Shown here piece after piece: positions 59,910-64,000 of a DNA stretch of 64,000 nucleotides (the first letter of the stretch is position 1; each line of letters starts with the position of its first letter). A program made the translations under genes and the position numbers. Below the pieces are notes generated by a model. That model searched no databases and was not told where the DNA came from. It saw only the letters and a program-made list of their open reading frames with translations. Source of the DNA: an uncultured Acidobacteriota bacterium (GTDB lineage: Bacteria > Acidobacteriota > UBA6911); the NCBI GenBank assembly GCA_963827655.1, contig CAWHCF010000047.1, positions 1-64,000 on the forward strand, in the 5' to 3' direction.

Positions 59910-60017
59910 CGACGGGTCCGATCAGACCCGTCGCAAGTAACGTGATCAGTGAGACTTGAGCCTTAAAAAGTTCATTTGTGCTACCAGGTGGGCCGGACGG
60001 GCTTGATAGCCCGTCCG
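59910..60017. repeat. Two related GC-rich hairpins (REP-like)
   Basis: CGACGGGTC-N6-GACCCGTCG (59910-59933) and CGGACGGGCT-N4-AGCCCGTCCG (59994-60017). Confidence 0.6.
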
Positions 60018-60263
60018 CACATGTATCGGGTTTTTGCGACAGTCTCATCAGACCGTGCCTTTCACGTCAGTTGATCTGCCGATCAATCGCGTAAAGAGAT
60101 CGCTGAGAAGAACTTTCGAGAAGCATACCGGCTACTGTCTCGATCTCAGATCTTGTTGCAACCCCTCCCGAGTATCGGCTGCTATAATCGTAGAGCCTTC
60201 GCGTCTCGGCGGTGAGCGGGCAACAAGGGCCGCGAAACGCGGGGAAACACCGAGGGATTTGCG

Positions 60264-63200
60264 TTGAAGAATAGCCATTCCTCCGTCGTTATTCTCGGAG
60301 AACTCGAGGAGCCGATCCGCGCCGAACTCTTCAGCGTCGAACGACTCGAGCAGCACGCCGAGAGCCTGGCCGCCGCGCAGCATGTCACCCCCGACCCGCG
60401 CAAAGGCCGCCCGCTCGCGGGGCGTGTCCGGGAAAACGGGCGGGTTTTGCTCGACTGTTATCGCGTGATCGCCGCGGCAATCCGCGAAGAGCGCGCCATC
60501 ACCCCGGCTGCCGAATGGCTGGTAGATAACTTCCACATCGTGGATGAGCAGCTGCGCGAGATCCGCGAGGACCTGCCCCTGAGTTATTACCGCGAGCTGC
60601 CCAAGCTCGCCGGCGGACACCTGGAGGGATATCCGCGCGTTTATGGAATCGCCTGGGCATTCGTCGCCCACTCCGATAGCCGCTTCGATCCTGAAGCGCT
60701 GCGGCGCTTCGTCCGCGCCTACCAGCGCGTCCAGCCGTTGTCGATCGGAGAACTATGGGCGATCGCAATCAATCTCAGGGTGATGCTGGTGGAGAACCTG
60801 CGGCGCCTGGCGGAAGGCATCGTGGAGCGGCGCGCCGCGCGCCAGGAAGCCGACGCGCTGGCGGACAGGCTGCTCGGCCTGATCGACAAACCCGCCGAGC
60901 GCGCCGACGCGGTGCTGCGCAAGTATGAAGGTGAGGCGCTGTCAATGGCCTTTGCCGTGCAGCTGGTCCAGCGTTTGCGCGATCAGGATCCCGACGTGAT
61001 TCCCGCTCTGCTTTGGCTGGACGAGCGTCTTGCGGAGAGCGGCACGACCGCCGACGAGATCGTGCGGCTTGAACATCAGCGGCAGGCGGCCATGAATGTA
61101 ACGGTCCGCAACATCATCACAAGCATGCGTGAGATGTCGGCGTTCGACTGGTCGGAGTTTTTCGAAAGCGTCAGCCTGGTCGATGAAATCCTCCGCGACG
61201 GCAGCGACTTTGCCGCGATGAACTTCGCCACACGCGACCGATACCGCCACGCCATCGAGGATCTGGCTCGAGGCTCGAAGCTGTCGGAACTCGAAATTGC
61301 GCGGCGCGCCGTCGAGCGGGCGCAGCGGGCCCGCCGAGACACCGGCCAGGCTCCCGACGCGCGTCGGGAAGACCCGGGCTATTACCTCATCTCGAAAGGG
61401 CGCGTGTCGTTTGAGAAAGAGACGGGGTTCCGAGTCTCATGGAGGCATCGGCTCATCCGGGCCTATGTCGGCATGGCGACGCCCGCCTACCTGGGAACGA
61501 TCGCAATCTTGACCGGATTGATTCTGACGCTACCCCTTCTAACCGGCATCGAGCCCTGGTCAAGCCGTTCCGGTCTTCTCTTGTTCGCGTTTCTCGCGCT
61601 GATTCCCGCCTCGGAGCTGGCGATTGCGCTGGTGAATCGATTCCTGCTCGAGTTGTTCGCGCCCCGCCCGCTGCCGAAGCTGGAACTTCGCGACGGAATT
61701 CCGCCCGGTCTGCGGACGATGGTCGTAGTACCGACCATTTTCACGAGTGAAGCCCAGGCGCGCGAGTTGATAGAACGCCTGGAGGTTCATTATCTAGCCA
61801 ACCCGCAAGGGGACCTCCGTTTCGCGCTTCTGTCGGACTGGGCGGATGCGCATAACGAGACCATGCCCGGGGACGAGGAGTTGCTTGCGGCGGCAATCGA
61901 GGGCATCGAGCAACTGAACCTGCATCACGGGCCTGCCCCGGAGGGAGGTGAGCGATTTCTGCTGTTTCATCGCAAGCGCGTCTGGAATGCGCGCGAGGGG
62001 AAGTGGATCGGTTGGGAGCGCAAGCGCGGGAAGTTGCACGAGCTTAACCGGCTGCTCCGGGGCGCCACCGACACGACCTTCCTTCCTGTCGGTGATCAGC
62101 CGGCCGAAGCACCCTCCGGAGTCCGGTACGTGATCACGCTCGACTCCGACACGAAGTTTCCCAGGGAGACCGCCAGACGTCTGGTCTCAACAATGGCGCA
62201 TCCCCTGAATCGGCCGAGGTTTGATGCTCGCAGAGGGCGGGTGGTCGAAGGGTATGGCGTGATGCAGCCACGAGTCATGCCGGCTCTTCCCGGCGATCGA
62301 GAGGAATCCGTTTTCCACCTGATCTTCGCGGGCCCGTGCGGCGTCGATCCTTACGCCGCGGCGGTTTCTGACATCTACCAGGACCTCTTTGGAGAGGGAA
62401 GTTACACCGGCAAAGGAATCTATGATGTAGACGCGTTCGAGACCGCGCTGACGGGACGCGTGCCTGAGAACGCTTTGCTCAGCCACGATCTGTTCGAGGG
62501 ACTCTTCGCGCGCGCCGGGCTGGTTACCGACATCGAGCTCTTCGAAGATTTTCCCTCCCACTACCAGCTCGCGGCGCTCCGCCAGCATCGCTGGGCTCGA
62601 GGCGACTGGCAATTGTTGCCCTGGATCTTTGGCCGGGCGTCCCGCTCGATCTCCTGGATCGGACGATGGAAGATGCTCGACAACCTGCGACGAAGTCTAT
62701 TCGCTCCCGCCGCACTCCTCACCCTGATTGCCGGTTGGACGCTCCCGTTTGCTTCTTCGGCTGTCTGGACACACTTTATCGTGGGCACGATCGCTTTCCC
62801 CCCCCTTTTTCATTTCGTCACCGGGCTGCTGCCACCGCGCCGCGGAATCTCGAAGCGAAGTCACCTTCGCACCCTGATGACCGACCTTACGATCGCGGCT
62901 TCTCAGCTCGCCCTCACCGTGGCCTTTCTCGCTCACCAGGCATGGCTGATGGCCGATGCCATTCTGCGAACGCTCGCTCGCCTGTTCTGGACGCGCCGGA
63001 GACTGCTCGAGTGGGTCACGGCGGCGCGAGCCAAGGCCGGTCTTAGCCTGGACCTCGCCGCCTTTTATCGGCACATGGCCGCAGCCGTAGCAATCTCGGG
63101 AGGGGTGGCAACAGTCGTGGCCCTGAATAGACTGGACGCCTGGCAAGAGGCAGCTCCGATGCTCCTGCTCTGGGCGTTCTCTCCCGCGGTGGCCCGCTGG

Positions 63201-64000
63201 GTGAGCCTTCCCCCGCGCCTGATAGGCCCCGAGCCCCTCTCGGACGCGGACGCGCGTGTCTTGCGACTCACCTCGCGCCAGACCTGGCGCTTCTTCGAAG
63301 TCTTTGCGGGTTCGGAAGACCACGGCTTGCCTCCGGACAATCTGCAGGAAGATCCCCGGCCGGTAGTGGCCCACCGGACCTCTCCTACCAATATTGGCCT
63401 GTATCTGCTCTCGATCTCGGCGGCCCGCGATTTCGGATGGGTCGGGACCGCGGAATGCGTCGATCGTCTCGACGCTACGCTCGCCACCATGGGAACGCTG
63501 GAGCGATTCCGGGGACATTTCTACAACTGGTACGAGACTCGAGATCTCAGGCCACTCGAGCCCAAATATGTTTCAACGGTCGACAGCGGGAACCTGGCAG
63601 GCCACCTGATCACCCTGCAGAACGCCTGTCGGGAAATGATGGACCAGCCATTGCTGGGGCGCCGCGCTCTCTCGGGAATCGAGGATGCGCTCCTGCTCGT
63701 GCGCCAGGCCGAGTCCGCCATCAAGGACCATCACCGAACTCAAACCGTGACGCGCAAGGATTTGGACGATGCCCTGGAAGGACTCCACGAGCTTCTTGGC
63801 GCGCTCCCGGTGACACCGTCCGACTGGGCGGAGCGCTTCGCGCAACTGGAAACGCGGGCCAACACCCTGGTCGACATCGCGCGCACTCTGACGGAGGAAC
63901 GGGGCGAGAGCGGGAATCTCGAGGTTTTGAACTGGGCCGAGGCTGCGCGAGCCTGCATCGCCAGCCATGGGCGCGACCTCGATCTGATGTTTCCGTGGGC
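60264..64000 (+). CDS. ndvB: Cyclic beta-1,2-glucan synthase (NdvB/Cgs-like), runs off the window
   Basis: Absent from the ORF track because it has no stop in the window. TTG start after GAGGGA; PIRAELFSVERLEQHA, EWLVDN, GWERKRGKL, SHDLFEG, RWARGDWQ, LPPDN and STVDSGNL all fall in the same frame. Confidence 0.92.
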   Translation, partial: MKNSHSSVVILGELEEPIRAELFSVERLEQHAESLAAAQHVTPDPRKGRPLAGRVRENGRVLLDCYRVIAAAIREERAITPAAEWLVDNFHIVDEQLREIREDLPLSYYRELPKLAGGHLEGYPRVYGIAWAFVAHSDSRFDPEALRRFVRAYQRVQPLSIGELWAIAINLRVMLVENLRRLAEGIVERRAARQEADALADRLLGLIDKPAERADAVLRKYEGEALSMAFAVQLVQRLRDQDPDVIPALLWLDERLAESGTTADEIVRLEHQRQAAMNVTVRNIITSMREMSAFDWSEFFESVSLVDEILRDGSDFAAMNFATRDRYRHAIEDLARGSKLSELEIARRAVERAQRARRDTGQAPDARREDPGYYLISKGRVSFEKETGFRVSWRHRLIRAYVGMATPAYLGTIAILTGLILTLPLLTGIEPWSSRSGLLLFAFLALIPASELAIALVNRFLLELFAPRPLPKLELRDGIPPGLRTMVVVPTIFTSEAQARELIERLEVHYLANPQGDLRFALLSDWADAHNETMPGDEELLAAAIEGIEQLNLHHGPAPEGGERFLLFHRKRVWNAREGKWIGWERKRGKLHELNRLLRGATDTTFLPVGDQPAEAPSGVRYVITLDSDTKFPRETARRLVSTMAHPLNRPRFDARRGRVVEGYGVMQPRVMPALPGDREESVFHLIFAGPCGVDPYAAAVSDIYQDLFGEGSYTGKGIYDVDAFETALTGRVPENALLSHDLFEGLFARAGLVTDIELFEDFPSHYQLAALRQHRWARGDWQLLPWIFGRASRSISWIGRWKMLDNLRRSLFAPAALLTLIAGWTLPFASSAVWTHFIVGTIAFPPLFHFVTGLLPPRRGISKRSHLRTLMTDLTIAASQLALTVAFLAHQAWLMADAILRTLARLFWTRRRLLEWVTAARAKAGLSLDLAAFYRHMAAAVAISGGVATVVALNRLDAWQEAAPMLLLWAFSPAVARWVSLPPRLIGPEPLSDADARVLRLTSRQTWRFFEVFAGSEDHGLPPDNLQEDPRPVVAHRTSPTNIGLYLLSISAARDFGWVGTAECVDRLDATLATMGTLERFRGHFYNWYETRDLRPLEPKYVSTVDSGNLAGHLITLQNACREMMDQPLLGRRALSGIEDALLLVRQAESAIKDHHRTQTVTRKDLDDALEGLHELLGALPVTPSDWAERFAQLETRANTLVDIARTLTEERGESGNLEVLNWAEAARACIASHGRDLDLMFPW

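Noticed and set aside
60132-63968. Many listed short ORFs on both strands
   Set aside because: They are shadows of the single long glucan synthase frame on the plus strand.

Overview
Bacterial genomic window, GC-rich, probably Acidobacteriota (inferred from gene content and a direct-repeat LexA-type box). There is no rRNA, tRNA or CRISPR array. (1) 1-14.3 kb is a minus-strand redox/stress patchwork: thiolase, pirin, MarR, ADH, SDRs, FMN reductase, DoxX, SnoaL-like, quinone reductase, MBL hydrolase, STAS-like mini-protein and a PAS-GAF-PAS sigma54 activator. It is interleaved with about ten short gene remnants joined at deletion junctions and carries duplicated sigma54 and MarR regulatory modules. 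(2) 14.4-27.8 kb holds GH15, two near-identical gnd copies that each begin at the same 74-bp element with 23-bp perfect inverted repeats, an indel-riddled 6.9-kb segment between them, then a Cof HAD hydrolase and glucokinase. (3) 27.9-42.4 kb holds the moxR-DUF58-bat operon, rhodanese, site-2 protease, a sigma54-type degP-hsp20-PRTase unit, DUF6496 and a frameshifted DnaJ-type zinc-finger microprotein. (4) 43-52.3 kb holds a TIR-STAND-beta-propeller NLR-like gene convergent with imuA-imuB-dnaE2, which has a candidate SOS box. (5) 52.7-64 kb holds an LVIVD lipoprotein, small regulatory/membrane genes, an M14 peptidase fused to a YwaF-like membrane domain, and the 5' part of a cyclic beta-1,2-glucan synthase that the ORF track misses. 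The most unusual signals are dispersed 7-nt- and 8-nt-periodic repeat families that overlap gene ends, supplying stop codons, signal-peptide residues and a fusion linker; the palindrome-bounded gnd duplication; and the NLR-like protein. Many single-base indels may be sequencing or assembly errors. All family assignments are from motif recognition, not database searches.
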